The position numbers were made by a program, and so were the translations under genes. A stretch of DNA of 64,000 bases, from positions 184,314 through 248,313 of the forward strand of contig CAKQRL010000001.1 in the NCBI GenBank assembly GCA_934271525.1, given 5' to 3'. The first letter of the stretch is position 1. Every line of letters starts with the position of its first letter. Below are positions 9,557-19,279 of the stretch, piece after piece. The notes below the pieces were generated by a model. That model ran no database searches. It saw only the letters and a program-made list of their open reading frames with translations, and was not told where the DNA came from. The stretch is from an uncultured Rhodocyclaceae bacterium. GTDB lineage: Bacteria; Pseudomonadota; Gammaproteobacteria; Burkholderiales; Rhodocyclaceae.

Positions 9557-10143
9557 AAGGCGCCTTTGGTGCTGGGCACGTCTTTGACGCGCGAGTCTAT
9601 GGCCATTGCCATTTTCAAGGCGCGCCCAAAGGCTTTGAATAAACTTTCCGCTTGGTGGTGTGCGTTTTCACCTTTGATATTGTCCAAATGCAAAGTGATG
9701 GCGGCGTGATTCACAAAACCTTGGAAAAACTCACGCACCAGTTCAGAATCAAAATGACCGATTTTTTGCGCCGTGAAGTTGCAGGAAAAATACAAACCCG
9801 GGCGACCAGAAATATCAATCACCGCGCGGGACAAACTTTCATCCAAAGGCACATAAGCAAAGCCATAGCGCGTAATGCCTTTTTTGTCGCCTAATGCACT
9901 GCGAAAAGCCTGCCCCAACACGATGCCGATGTCTTCTACTGAATGGTGGTCGTCAATGTGCGTGTCGCCCTTGGCGATGATTGTTAAATCCACCAAAGCG
10001 TGGCGCGCAATTTGGCAGAGCATATGGTCCAAAAAAGGCACGCCGCTGTTGATTTCTTGGCTTCCCGAGCCATCCAAATCGATTACCACGCTGATTTGTG
10101 TCTCATTTGTGTTGCGGCTTACATCCGCTCGGCGTTGTTTCAT
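9553..10143 (-). CDS. hisB: imidazoleglycerol-phosphate dehydratase HisB
   Basis: About 196 aa from [15 protein letters not shown] with a GGAG Shine-Dalgarno upstream. The track ORF is longer by 10 codons. Confidence 0.9.
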   Translation of the reverse strand: MKQRRADVSRNTNETQISVVIDLDGSGSQEINSGVPFLDHMLCQIARHALVDLTIIAKGDTHIDDHHSVEDIGIVLGQAFRSALGDKKGITRYGFAYVPLDESLSRAVIDISGRPGLYFSCNFTAQKIGHFDSELVREFFQGFVNHAAITLHLDNIKGENAHHQAESLFKAFGRALKMAMAIDSRVKDVPSTKGAL

Positions 10144-10155
10144 TTTTTTCTCCTT

Positions 10156-10198
10156 TTTTCCACGGTAAACCAAAATTTTTTTGGTTTACCGTGGATTT
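10156..10198. repeat. palindromic repeat pair (TTTTTCCACGGTAAACC-AAAATTTTTTTG-GTTTACCGTGGATTTTG)
   Basis: Inverted arms between hisB and ccmI. The TAA inside the second arm is the ccmI stop codon. Confidence 0.9.
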
Positions 10199-11403
10199 TG
10201 TAGTCTTTCAATTTCTTGTCGCAAATAATTCGGCATTGTGTTGGTGATTTTGAGATATTGCACCTTGTCTTCAAAAAGCGCATCGTAAAAAAGCACCCAA
10301 GGATTTTGCGCATCCGCCGCTTTGGCTGATTCTAAAAAACTTTTTGCCTTGGCTAAATTGTTGTTGCGCCAAAAAGTGCCCGCCACAATCGCTTGCAGTT
10401 GTGCATCGTTTTTGGGAATTGCCGATTCTGCCGCAGTGAAAATTTCCAGCGCCAAATCATAACGGCGCAAATTGTGTGCGGCTTTGCCCAAAATGAGCAA
10501 AACGGCTTGCGATTCGGCACTTGGCGCAGCATTTAAAATTTTATCTTTTAAATCAATAACTTGGGCGATTGCCGCGGATTCATCATCCGCTGACAATTCG
10601 CCTTGGCGGATTTTAATGTCGGCTAATGTGTTTTCAATCATCGCCACAACGCGCGGGTCGTGGTTGGTGGTTTTGGCTTTTAACAACAATTCTTTGGCAC
10701 GTTGAATGTCGCCTTTTTCAAGCAGTGCGTAACCCAAAAAGAGCAGGGCGCGCGGGTTTTGGGAATCAATAGAGGCGGCGCGCTCCAACATTTTTAAAGG
10801 TTCACCCAAAAAACTGCCTGTTTTATTCCACAAAGCGCTTGCGTAAAGACTCAACAATTCGGCGTTTTCAATGTTTAATTGTTCTACGGCGGGCAAAGTT
10901 TCAAGGGCGCGGTCAAATTGTTCTGCGTTTTGCAATTCCATTGTTAGCGCAACAATATCGGCAAGCGCTTTTTCATCCTTTGGGTTTTCTTTTAAAGCGG
11001 CAATCAATTGGTTCTGGCTGAATTGAATCGGGTCGCGCAATTCCAAACTCAAAGCATTGGGGTTGCCCCACAAAAAATAAAGAAAAAGGGTGAATAAAGG
11101 CAAAATAAATAATAAAACCCAAGCTGTGGCAATCGCAGGTTGCCACGGTTTGGGCGAATCGGATGAAATGGCTTCTTCAAGAACGCGTTTTTTTAAATCC
11201 GCTGTTGCTTCTAAAAATTCCGATTCGCTTAAAACGCCTGCGGTTTTTTTGTATTTTAGTTTTTTCAGCTGGGTGCGCAAAATTGCCAAGTTGTCGTTGA
11301 AATCTTGGGTTTTTGGCGGAATAAAAAACGCGCGAAATAACACAAAAAAAACGCCTGCCAAAAGCAAAAACGCCAAAAAAGCAAAAAGCAAGACTTCACT
11401 CAT
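10186..11403 (-). CDS. ccmI: c-type cytochrome biogenesis protein CcmI/CycH (TPR)
   Basis: N-terminal transmembrane segment then TPR-like repeats. Last gene of the ccm operon. Start set at MSEVLLFAFLAF. Confidence 0.7.
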   Translation of the reverse strand: MSEVLLFAFLAFLLLAGVFFVLFRAFFIPPKTQDFNDNLAILRTQLKKLKYKKTAGVLSESEFLEATADLKKRVLEEAISSDSPKPWQPAIATAWVLLFILPLFTLFLYFLWGNPNALSLELRDPIQFSQNQLIAALKENPKDEKALADIVALTMELQNAEQFDRALETLPAVEQLNIENAELLSLYASALWNKTGSFLGEPLKMLERAASIDSQNPRALLFLGYALLEKGDIQRAKELLLKAKTTNHDPRVVAMIENTLADIKIRQGELSADDESAAIAQVIDLKDKILNAAPSAESQAVLLILGKAAHNLRRYDLALEIFTAAESAIPKNDAQLQAIVAGTFWRNNNLAKAKSFLESAKAADAQNPWVLFYDALFEDKVQYLKITNTMPNYLRQEIERLQNPR

Positions 11404-11836
11404 CGCCTTTCTCCAAAAGTTCAGCGGCTTTTTGCAAAGCCTTTGAATCAGGTGTTGTGGCGGCAATGCGTTGGTTGCGTTTTTTGAAATAAAGCAAAAA
11501 AGCAATGAAACCGATGGCAAAAAAAACAGCAGGCGCTGCCCACAAAATCAGCGTGTTGGTTTTTACGGGCGGGTTGTAGCGCACAAAATCGCCGTAGCGT
11601 TCAGTCATAAAATCCAAAATTTGTGCGTCCGTTTTGCCGGTTTGAATCATCACACGGATTTCGTTTTTCAAATCCGTTGCCAAATCGGCATCCGAATCGG
11701 CAATGCTTTGGTTTTGGCACACCAAACAACGCAATTCGCTGGATAATTTTAAAAGCCGCGAGTCGGCATCATCAGGTGTTTGCGCAAACACCAAAAATGG
11801 GAAAAAAACGAATAAAAACAAAAGATTAAGACGCAT
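11396..11836 (-). CDS. ccmH: cytochrome c-type biogenesis protein CcmH
   Basis: Signal peptide plus LRCxxC motif (LRCLVCQNQSIADSDA). Confidence 0.8.
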   Translation of the reverse strand: MRLNLLFLFVFFPFLVFAQTPDDADSRLLKLSSELRCLVCQNQSIADSDADLATDLKNEIRVMIQTGKTDAQILDFMTERYGDFVRYNPPVKTNTLILWAAPAVFFAIGFIAFLLYFKKRNQRIAATTPDSKALQKAAELLEKGDE

Positions 11837-12416
11837 TTTGTAACTCCGCAATGGCGGGGAGAATTTTATCTTTTAAAACATCTGCGGTGATTGGTCCCAA
11901 ATGTTTGAAGCGAATGGTGTTGTTGGCATCTATCAAAAAGGTTTCAGGCACGCCATAAACGCCGTAATCTATGCCGACTCTGCCGTTTAAATCCAAAACG
12001 GATAAGGTATAAGGATTGCCACGTTCTAATAGCCACGCATTGGCGCGGGTGGTGGCTTGGATTTTTTCATCTTCTGGTGAAATTTTAGAAGAATCAATGG
12101 TTGCATCGCCACGAATTTCTTTGTAATTCAAACCGATGATGGGAATATTGCCGTTATTTTTTGCAAACTCAACCAACACGGAATGTTCCACGCGGCAAGA
12201 CACACACCAACTTGCCCAAACGTTCAAAAGCCAGATTTTGCCTTTCATTTCAGCTGGGGAAAACGCGCGCGTATCGTTTAAAACAGGCAAGCGAAAATCA
12301 GGCGCAGGTTTGGCAATTAAAGCGGATGGAATATCGCGCGGGTTGAGCGTGAGCCCCATGCCCAATAAAATGACCAACAGCAAAAATGCGCCAAACAACA
12401 AAAAATAACGATTCAT
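11826..12416 (-). CDS. ccmG: thiol:disulfide interchange protein DsbE/CcmG
   Basis: Thioredoxin-fold WASWCVSCRVEH, 196 aa. Confidence 0.85.
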   Translation of the reverse strand: MNRYFLLFGAFLLLVILLGMGLTLNPRDIPSALIAKPAPDFRLPVLNDTRAFSPAEMKGKIWLLNVWASWCVSCRVEHSVLVEFAKNNGNIPIIGLNYKEIRGDATIDSSKISPEDEKIQATTRANAWLLERGNPYTLSVLDLNGRVGIDYGVYGVPETFLIDANNTIRFKHLGPITADVLKDKILPAIAELQNAS

Positions 12417-14323
12417 TTTTTAGCCTTTAAAAATGCGAATAAACCGCCGATTGCCATCAACAGCGCACCAGCCCACAACCATGAGATAAAGGGTTTGTAA
12501 TAAACGCGCACAATCCAAGCGCCGTTGGTTTTTTCTGCATGGGCAGGTTCGGCAAGTGCTACGTAAATATCGCGCAAAATGTTGGCGTTGACGGCGGCTT
12601 CGCTCATTGGCATTGCAGAGGAATGGTAATTGCGTTTTTCAGGGTTGAGTGTGGCGATTTTTTGATTGTCTTTTTCCAACCAAAATTCGCCAACATAGGC
12701 GGTGTAATTGGGGCCTGTTTTTTGTGTAATACCTTTAAAAATCACCGAATAATCGGCAATTTCAACGTGATTTTCCACGGTCAACACCACATTTTTTTCA
12801 ATTTCAAAGGTTGAGACCATTGCCGCGCCAAGCACAAAAACCGCCACACCCAAATGCCCCAGATGCATACCCAAAAAATCCAAGGGCAAAGGCGCTTGAC
12901 TTTGTTTGATGCGGTTAAAAATATGCGCGAGTGCGCCAAAAAAAATCCAAAAAGCCAAAAACAACGCCAAAAAACTTGTGGTTTGGAATTTTTTGTAAAT
13001 GGCTAAAAGGGCAGTGGCGGCAACAAGGCTTAAAACAAAAGGAATTGCCAATTTTTTAAGAATGGGGGATGAATCCGACTTTTTCCAGCGCAACCACACG
13101 GCAATGCCGATAAAGAACAATAATGGAAACACAATCGGCACGAATACGGCGTTGAAGTAGGGCGGCCCAACGGAGATTTTTCCCCATTGCAAAGCGTCTA
13201 TTAAAAGCGGATACAAAGTGCCCAACAAAACCGTGCCGCAAGCAACGACTAATAAAATATTGCCTAAAAGTAAAAAACTCTCGCGTGAGATGAGCGAAAA
13301 CCGCGCGCCCAAGCCCACTTTTGGTGCGCGTAAGGCAAATAAAAATAAGGATGAACCGATGACAAGGCTTAAAAAAATCAAAATAAACACGCCGCGTTTG
13401 GGGTCTGTGGCAAAGGCATGAACGGAGGTTAAAACGCCCGAGCGCACCAAAAATGTGCCTAACAACGACAAAGAAAACGCCGAAATTGCCAACAACACCG
13501 ACCAATTTTTAAAACTGCCGCGTTTTTCCGTAACAAGCAAGGAATGCAAAAGCGCCGTGCCGATGAGCCACGGCATAAAAGAAGCGTTTTCTACTGGATC
13601 CCAAAACCACCAGCCGCCCCAGCCGAGTTCAAAATATGCCCACCACGAGCCAACCGCAATGCCAAGCGTTAAAAAAATCCACGCCAACAAGGTCCAAGGG
13701 CGTGATTTTTTAGCCCATTCTGTGTTGACTTTGCCTGAGATGAGCGCCGCCACAGCAAAGGCATAAGCCAAGGAAAAACCGACATAACCCATATAAAGCA
13801 AAGGCGGGTGAATAATCATTCCAATATCTTGCAAAAGCGGATTCAAATCGCGCCCGTTGAGTGCCATTGGCAACAAGCGATTAAAAGGGTTGGAGCTTGC
13901 CAAAATAAAGAGCAAAAAACCAAAAGAAATCAGCGCCAACACGCCCAACACCTGCGCACGAAAAAAGGGTGGAATGTTTTTGGAATTGCAAACAAAGGCA
14001 GCGCTCCACCAGCCCATCATCACAATCCAGAGCAAGAGCGAACCTTCATGCCCGCCCCAAATTGCCGCGAATTTGTAAAAAGCAGGGAGATTGTTGCCAG
14101 AATTTTGGGCAACGTATGCCACGGAAAAATCATCCGTTAAAAAAGCAAAAGCCAAGGCAGCAAAGGCGATTGTGGTTAAAAACGAGAGCGCCAAATTGGC
14201 GGGCGCTGCAAAATTCACCCAAGCCAAGCGGCCTTTTTGCGCGCCCAAAATCGGCAACACGCCCGCAGGCAAAGACAAAACCAATGCCAACACCAAGGCA
14301 AAATGTCCGAATTCAATAATCAT
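12413..14323 (-). CDS. ccmF: cytochrome c heme lyase subunit CcmF
   Basis: 636 aa polytopic membrane protein with a WGGWWFWD tryptophan-rich motif. Confidence 0.9.
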   Translation of the reverse strand: MIIEFGHFALVLALVLSLPAGVLPILGAQKGRLAWVNFAAPANLALSFLTTIAFAALAFAFLTDDFSVAYVAQNSGNNLPAFYKFAAIWGGHEGSLLLWIVMMGWWSAAFVCNSKNIPPFFRAQVLGVLALISFGFLLFILASSNPFNRLLPMALNGRDLNPLLQDIGMIIHPPLLYMGYVGFSLAYAFAVAALISGKVNTEWAKKSRPWTLLAWIFLTLGIAVGSWWAYFELGWGGWWFWDPVENASFMPWLIGTALLHSLLVTEKRGSFKNWSVLLAISAFSLSLLGTFLVRSGVLTSVHAFATDPKRGVFILIFLSLVIGSSLFLFALRAPKVGLGARFSLISRESFLLLGNILLVVACGTVLLGTLYPLLIDALQWGKISVGPPYFNAVFVPIVFPLLFFIGIAVWLRWKKSDSSPILKKLAIPFVLSLVAATALLAIYKKFQTTSFLALFLAFWIFFGALAHIFNRIKQSQAPLPLDFLGMHLGHLGVAVFVLGAAMVSTFEIEKNVVLTVENHVEIADYSVIFKGITQKTGPNYTAYVGEFWLEKDNQKIATLNPEKRNYHSSAMPMSEAAVNANILRDIYVALAEPAHAEKTNGAWIVRVYYKPFISWLWAGALLMAIGGLFAFLKAKK

Positions 14324-14781
14324 TGTTGTGGTTTTTCTTGTAAGGTTTTTGCCAGCCCCCGCGCGTGTGCTTCTCCTAGTGCTTGGGCGGCTTCGGGCGG
14401 CATATAGTTTTCATCGTGTTTTGCCAAAACTTCTTGCGCCACAAATACGTTGTTTTCAATTCTGCCTTGCGCCACAACGCCTTTGCCTTCCGAAAACAAG
14501 TCGGGCAGAATGCCTTGGTAAATCACGGGAATATCGGTTTCGGTATCCGTTACCACAAAGTTTATTTTTAAGGAATTGGCTTCTCTTTTAACTGATTCAT
14601 TTTTCACCATACCGCCCAAGCGAAAAACTTTGTTTTTTGGTGCTTTGCCAGCGGCAATGTCGGTGGGCGAAATATAAAAGGCAATGTTGCTGTTTAAAGC
14701 ATTCAAAACCAAAGCGGCAATAGCGCCCAAAATGGCAAGTGCCACAGCGATGATGATTAGTTTTTTGTGGCGTAGTTTCAT
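14320..14781 (-). CDS. ccmE: cytochrome c maturation heme chaperone CcmE
   Basis: 153 aa, N-terminal transmembrane segment, conserved FRLGG and heme-binding region. Confidence 0.9.
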   Translation of the reverse strand: MKLRHKKLIIIAVALAILGAIAALVLNALNSNIAFYISPTDIAAGKAPKNKVFRLGGMVKNESVKREANSLKINFVVTDTETDIPVIYQGILPDLFSEGKGVVAQGRIENNVFVAQEVLAKHDENYMPPEAAQALGEAHARGLAKTLQEKPQQ

Positions 14782-14782
14782 T

Positions 14783-14800
14783 TTTCCACGGTAAACAAAT
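14783..14800. repeat. single arm of the palindromic repeat (TTTTTCCACGGTAAAC) between ccmD and ccmE
   Basis: Immediately upstream of the ccmE start codon, inside the operon. Confidence 0.8.
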
Positions 14801-14814
14801 AATTTTTTTGAAGT

Positions 14815-14997
14815 TTAAAAGTCGCTCAAATGAAAAACTTTGATTTTTTCCAAAGTTTTGCGTGATTTTAATTTTAAAAGAACGACTTCTAGCGCCATTC
14901 CCAAAGCTGTTGCGCTCAAAGCGCCCCAAACGTATAAAGCATAACCGCCCATTGCAAAAAAGTCGGATACATTATTCCAATAAGGTGTGAGATTCAT
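14815..14997 (-). CDS. ccmD: heme exporter protein CcmD
   Basis: About 60 aa single-transmembrane peptide (MNLTPYWNNVSDFFAMGGYALYVWG...) between ccmC and ccmE. The longer track ORF overlaps ccmC. Confidence 0.6.
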   Translation of the reverse strand: MNLTPYWNNVSDFFAMGGYALYVWGALSATALGMALEVVLLKLKSRKTLEKIKVFHLSDF

Positions 14998-15737
14998 TTG
15001 GTTTCGCCTTTTACAACGATTTTTTTCACCCATTCGCTTGCCATTTCGCGCTCCAAAATAATGCGCCGCACGCGCATTAAGCTTGTGGCAAAGGCATACA
15101 TCCAAAAGGCAAGCGACATCAACAACATTGCCCACAACATAATTGCGGCAATGGAAGGCGTTTTGCCGATTGCCACACTAGCGCCTTGGTGCAAGGTATT
15201 CCACCATTTGACCGAAAAATAAATAATCGGCACGTTGATGACCCCAACCAAAAGCAAAATTGCGCCTGCTTTATCCGCGCGCCTGACATCATCAATTGAT
15301 GCAATCAATGCCCAATAGCCGATATATAAAAATAACAAAATCAATTCCGATGTTAGCCGTGCATCCCAAACCCACCACGTGCCCCACATGGGTTTGCCCC
15401 AAAAAGCGCCTGTCCAAAGGGATAAAAATGCCATCAAAGCGCCTGTGGGTGCAATTGCGCGGGTCATCATTGCCGATAATCGCGTGTTAAACGCCAAGCC
15501 AATTGCCGACCAAAAAGCCATTACCACATACAAAAACATACTCAGCCACGAGGCAGGCACATGCACGAAAATAATTCGGTAGCCTTCGCCTTGTTGAAAA
15601 TCAATGGGCGCAACAATTAAGCCCAAATACAAACCCGCCGCAGCAAAAATAAACGCCAACACCCAAAAAATTGGAATGAGTTTTCCAGCCAAAGGATAAA
15701 AGGTTGCGGGGGAAGAAAAATAATAAAGTGATTTCAT
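14994..15737 (-). CDS. ccmC: heme exporter protein CcmC
   Basis: 247 aa with the WGxxWxWD motif (WGTWWVWDARL). Confidence 0.9.
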   Translation of the reverse strand: MKSLYYFSSPATFYPLAGKLIPIFWVLAFIFAAAGLYLGLIVAPIDFQQGEGYRIIFVHVPASWLSMFLYVVMAFWSAIGLAFNTRLSAMMTRAIAPTGALMAFLSLWTGAFWGKPMWGTWWVWDARLTSELILLFLYIGYWALIASIDDVRRADKAGAILLLVGVINVPIIYFSVKWWNTLHQGASVAIGKTPSIAAIMLWAMLLMSLAFWMYAFATSLMRVRRIILEREMASEWVKKIVVKGETK

Positions 15738-15741
15738 AACG

Positions 15742-16407
15742 CTATTCTAAGGCTAATTTTAAAGCGGCGGCACAGGCAAAGGGCGACAAAGAAAAAGCAG
15801 CAAGTGCCATTGCGGCAATTAAGGACAAATGCGCATCAAAAGCCATTTGGTCAAGTGCGGCATCTACTGCCAGCGCACCAAAGATTAAAACGGGAATATA
15901 CAAAGGCAAAATAATCAAAGACACCAACACGCCGCTTGATCGCAAACCCAAAGTTAGCGCAGCACCAATTGTGCCGATGGCTGATAACGCTGGCGTGCCG
16001 ATTAAAAGCGTTAGCATTAAAACAAGCAAAGCATCAAAAGGCAAATCAAATTGAATGCCCAAAATTGGAGCGATAACACCCAATGGCACGCCTGATAATA
16101 ACCAATGCGCCGTTGTTTTTGCCAACACCACAAAAGGCAAGGGCAAAGGCGACAAAGCCATTTGCGCCAGTGTGCCGTCAGCAAAATCATCCGCAAAAAG
16201 CCGAGGCAACGACAACAAAGTTGCAAGTAGTGCGGCAACCCACAAAATGCCCGGCGCCAAACGTTGCAACAGTTTTAAATCGGCACCAACGGCAAGCGGA
16301 AAAAGGCTTGCAACCATTATGAAGAAAAACAAAATCGCCCAAATGTCTGCGGCTCTTCGGCACGCCAACAAAAAATCCCGCGCGATGATTTTCAAAAAAA
16401 TGGCCAT
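15742..16407 (-). CDS. ccmB: heme exporter permease CcmB
   Basis: About 221 aa from MAIFLKIIARDF. The track ORF's 48-codon N-terminal extension runs into the repeat array. Confidence 0.8.
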   Translation of the reverse strand: MAIFLKIIARDFLLACRRAADIWAILFFFIMVASLFPLAVGADLKLLQRLAPGILWVAALLATLLSLPRLFADDFADGTLAQMALSPLPLPFVVLAKTTAHWLLSGVPLGVIAPILGIQFDLPFDALLVLMLTLLIGTPALSAIGTIGAALTLGLRSSGVLVSLIILPLYIPVLIFGALAVDAALDQMAFDAHLSLIAAMALAAFSLSPFACAAALKLALE

Positions 16408-16697
16408 TGTTAAAATTTTTTTTGGTCTACCGTGGAAAAGCGCCGATTCTACGAAAAAACAGCGGTTTTTTAAAAAAAATCGGCGTTTACCGTGGAAAAA
16501 CGCGCTTGAAACGAATTGGCTGAAACGTTTTTTAAAAAATGTGGTTTTCAATGAAAACGCCGATTTTAACGAATCAAAAAAGCAGAAAACGAGATTTTGC
16601 GCGTTTGTTTTTCAAAAAAAATTTTTGTTTACCGTGGAAAAACGCCGATTTTAAAGAATCAAAAAATTAAAAAAAGCGTGTTTTGAAAGCGATTTTT
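16408..16697. repeat. tandem array of about 3-4 degenerate direct repeat units, each headed by TACCGTGGAAAA(A/G)CGCCGATT(T/C)TA...GAATCAAAAAA, inside the ccm operon
   Basis: Three same-orientation copies of the core 12-mer (about 16426, 16487, 16626), plus a fourth unit lacking the core (about 16545), in a 290-bp non-coding gap between ccmA and ccmB. Confidence 0.85.
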
Positions 16698-17330
16698 TTA
16701 ATGTGGCGATTTTAAGCGCAAATGCTTCATCGGTGCGCTGGCGGGTTTTAGTCCGTCTATTTTTTGGTGGGAAGTAAAAACCAACAAGCCGCCATTTGCC
16801 GAATGCGCGTTGATTTTTGCAACAAGCCATTCCAATGCTTGCGAATCCAATGCAACAAAGGGTTCATCCAACACCCACAAGCAGCGCGTATCAAAAGCCA
16901 AGCGCGATAAGGCAACGCGCCGTTTTTGCCCTTGGGATAAAAATTTGGCGGGCACATCCAAACGTTTTTTTAAATTGAGCGCACAAAGCGATTGCACTGC
17001 CACATCCAAATGCAAGGCAATGCCTGCAATTTCGGCAGATATTTGCAAGTTTTCCAACGGCGTCAATTCTTCTTTGATGGCGTTGGAATGCCCGATAAAA
17101 CAAAGGTTTTCTTTAAAATCGGGTGATTGGGCAATAGGCACATTGTTCCACAACACGCCTCCAGAATCGGGCGTGGCAAGTCCCAACAAAATGCGCATTA
17201 AGGTTGATTTGCCTGCGCCATTTTCGCCTTCAATGTGTAGCATTTCGCCTGCGGCAAGCGAAAAACATACGTTGTTAAAGAGCGGCAGCGCGCCTCGCCA
17301 ACAAGAAATATCCTGTCCACACAACTGCAT
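16698..17330 (-). CDS. ccmA: cytochrome c biogenesis ATP-binding export protein CcmA
   Basis: ABC ATPase (GENGAGKSTL, LSQGQKRR, VLDEP). Start set at MQLCGQ to match the CcmA length. The track start is a GTG inside the repeat core. Confidence 0.8.
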   Translation of the reverse strand: MQLCGQDISCWRGALPLFNNVCFSLAAGEMLHIEGENGAGKSTLMRILLGLATPDSGGVLWNNVPIAQSPDFKENLCFIGHSNAIKEELTPLENLQISAEIAGIALHLDVAVQSLCALNLKKRLDVPAKFLSQGQKRRVALSRLAFDTRCLWVLDEPFVALDSQALEWLVAKINAHSANGGLLVFTSHQKIDGLKPASAPMKHLRLKSPH

Positions 17331-17365
17331 TTTTTCAAAATTAAAAAAAGAAGGAATTTTAAGAT

Positions 17366-17420
17366 TTTCCACGGTAAACCGAATGTTTTTTTGAAAATTT
17401 TGAAAGGTTTACCGTGGAAA
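17366..17420. repeat. palindromic repeat pair (TTTTCCACGGTAAACC ... GGTTTACCGTGGAAA)
   Basis: Inverted arms with a TTTTTTTGAAAATTTTGAAAG spacer between ccmA and yicC. Confidence 0.9.
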
Positions 17421-18272
17421 TTATTCAATATTTTGCACTTGTTCGCGCATTTGTTCTATGAGAACTTTGAGTTGCATGGCGGCGCTAGTAACCTCGTTTG
17501 AAATGGCTTTGCTTGCCAAGGTGTTGGCTTCGCGCATCAATTCTTGCATCAAAAAATCCAAGCGTTTGCCGTGCGGCGCAGGGCTTTGGATAATGGTTTT
17601 TAAATTTTCAACATGCGCTTTTAAGCGGCTTAATTCTTCTGCGACATCTGTTTTCAAAAGCTGCACGGTAAATTCTTGCACCAAGCGTTCCTCGGGCAAT
17701 TCGGCTGTTGAAAATTCCTTGAAGCGTTTTCGCATTTTTTCTTGCCACAACGCGTTGAGCGCGGGCAGATTTTCGTTTAAAAAGTTTAAAACCTTGTCAA
17801 TGGCAAGCGCTTTTTCTGTTAAAAAAGCAGCCAGTTGCGCGCCTTCGGTTTTTCGGCTTATTTTGAATTGGGCGAATATTTCAGCAAAAAGATTTTGAAT
17901 ATCAACAGCAAAATTGTTCTGCAATTCTCCAACATCTTGCAACACGCCGTCCAAATGCAAGAGTTCATAAGCGCTAAATTCGCGCAAATTGGGCAACTTG
18001 GCAGCCAGTTGCGTTTGCAATTTTAAATAATCGTCAATTGCCGATTCGTTTAAAAGCCGTTTGTTTTTTTGGGTTTCTCGCTGCCAATTAAAAACGATGC
18101 GCACTTTGCCGCGAAACAAATTTTGTTTGCAAAAATTGCGCAAAAATTCTTCCGATTCTATCGGCAATGCATCGCCTGAAAATTCAACGTCTAGCGCCCG
18201 ATGATTGACGCTTTTGATGGTGATTGAAACCGATTCTTTTTTGCCTTCGGCAAAACCTGTCATACTTTGCAT
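17421..18272 (-). CDS. yicC: YicC-family stress-induced protein
   Basis: 283 aa, MQSMTGFAEG N-terminus, YicC_N and DUF1732-like C-terminus. Confidence 0.8.
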   Translation of the reverse strand: MQSMTGFAEGKKESVSITIKSVNHRALDVEFSGDALPIESEEFLRNFCKQNLFRGKVRIVFNWQRETQKNKRLLNESAIDDYLKLQTQLAAKLPNLREFSAYELLHLDGVLQDVGELQNNFAVDIQNLFAEIFAQFKISRKTEGAQLAAFLTEKALAIDKVLNFLNENLPALNALWQEKMRKRFKEFSTAELPEERLVQEFTVQLLKTDVAEELSRLKAHVENLKTIIQSPAPHGKRLDFLMQELMREANTLASKAISNEVTSAAMQLKVLIEQMREQVQNIE

Positions 18273-18331
18273 TTGTGGAACTCTTGGTAAAATAGCGCGT
18301 TTTAAAAATGAATTTTAGCTGATATAAAAAA

Positions 18332-19279
18332 ATGGTGGCACAAGTCAATAGCGCACTGCCTAACGGCACACGTCTGGAAAATTATGTAATCGTCAAACAA
18401 CTCTCATTAGGCGGGTTTTCTATCGTCTATTTGGCGCGGGATTTCAAAACCCGCGATGAAGTGGTTATCAAAGAGTTCTTGCCGAATAATTTAGCCTTGC
18501 GAATGGCAGGGGAAATGCGCCCGCAGGTCAATGAAATCAACCGCCCGCTATTTCGTTACGGCTTAAAATGCTTTTTTGAAGAAGGCAAGGCTTTGGTGAA
18601 ATTGAATCACCCGAACGTAATACGCGTTTTGAATTTTTTCCGCGCCAACGGCACGGTTTATATTGTGATGAATTATGAAAAAGGTTTTTCATTGCATCAT
18701 TACATCAAAAAACAACCAGTGGATGAAGCCTTTTTGCGCGATGTTTTTACGCGTTTGTTAGATGGTTTGCACGAAGTGCATGCGAATCATCTTTTGCATT
18801 TGGATATTAAGCCAGCCAACATTTATTTGCGCGAAGACCAATCGCCTGTGCTATTGGATTTTGGCGCCGCGCGGCAAATGTTGGAAAAAGCACCATTGGA
18901 ATTAAAACCAATGTATACGCCCGGTTTTGCTTCTCCCGAGCATTATGGCGATCGTTCCAAGTTGGGCACGTGGAGCGATATTTATAGCATTGGCGCATCG
19001 CTTTACAACTGCTTATCCAAAGTTGTGCCGCCTGCGGCGGATGAGCGCCAAAAAAATGACACCTTAATGCCTGCAATGCGCCGTTGGGAAGGACAATACA
19101 CCGATCGCTTTTTGGAGATTATTGATTGGTGTATGAATTTGAATTATTTGTATCGGCCGCAAACCGTGGCTGTTTTGCAAAAAGCCTTGTTGGATTTGCC
19201 CGAATTGCCGAAAAAAGGCGAAATTCAATGGGGCGAACTCTGGCGCAGCATTCGTAAAACTTTGAATACGGAATTGTAA
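18332..19279 (+). CDS. Hanks-type serine/threonine protein kinase
   Basis: Kinase subdomains: VIKEF (Lys), HLDIKPANI catalytic loop, DFG, a PE-containing activation segment. 315 aa, catalytic domain only. Confidence 0.8.
   Translation: MVAQVNSALPNGTRLENYVIVKQLSLGGFSIVYLARDFKTRDEVVIKEFLPNNLALRMAGEMRPQVNEINRPLFRYGLKCFFEEGKALVKLNHPNVIRVLNFFRANGTVYIVMNYEKGFSLHHYIKKQPVDEAFLRDVFTRLLDGLHEVHANHLLHLDIKPANIYLREDQSPVLLDFGAARQMLEKAPLELKPMYTPGFASPEHYGDRSKLGTWSDIYSIGASLYNCLSKVVPPAADERQKNDTLMPAMRRWEGQYTDRFLEIIDWCMNLNYLYRPQTVAVLQKALLDLPELPKKGEIQWGELWRSIRKTLNTEL

Noticed and set aside
17331-17372. N-terminal extensions in the track for ccmA (MENLKIPSFF...), hrpA (MENSK...), ccmB, ampE-like, purC, guaA, ilvD, fliC, phasin, hisB, hisE, ccmI.
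   Set aside because: Several extensions start at a GTG inside the ACCGTGGAAAA repeat core, or run into upstream genes and repeats. Starts were moved to internal ATGs that match conserved family N-termini and Shine-Dalgarno sequences.
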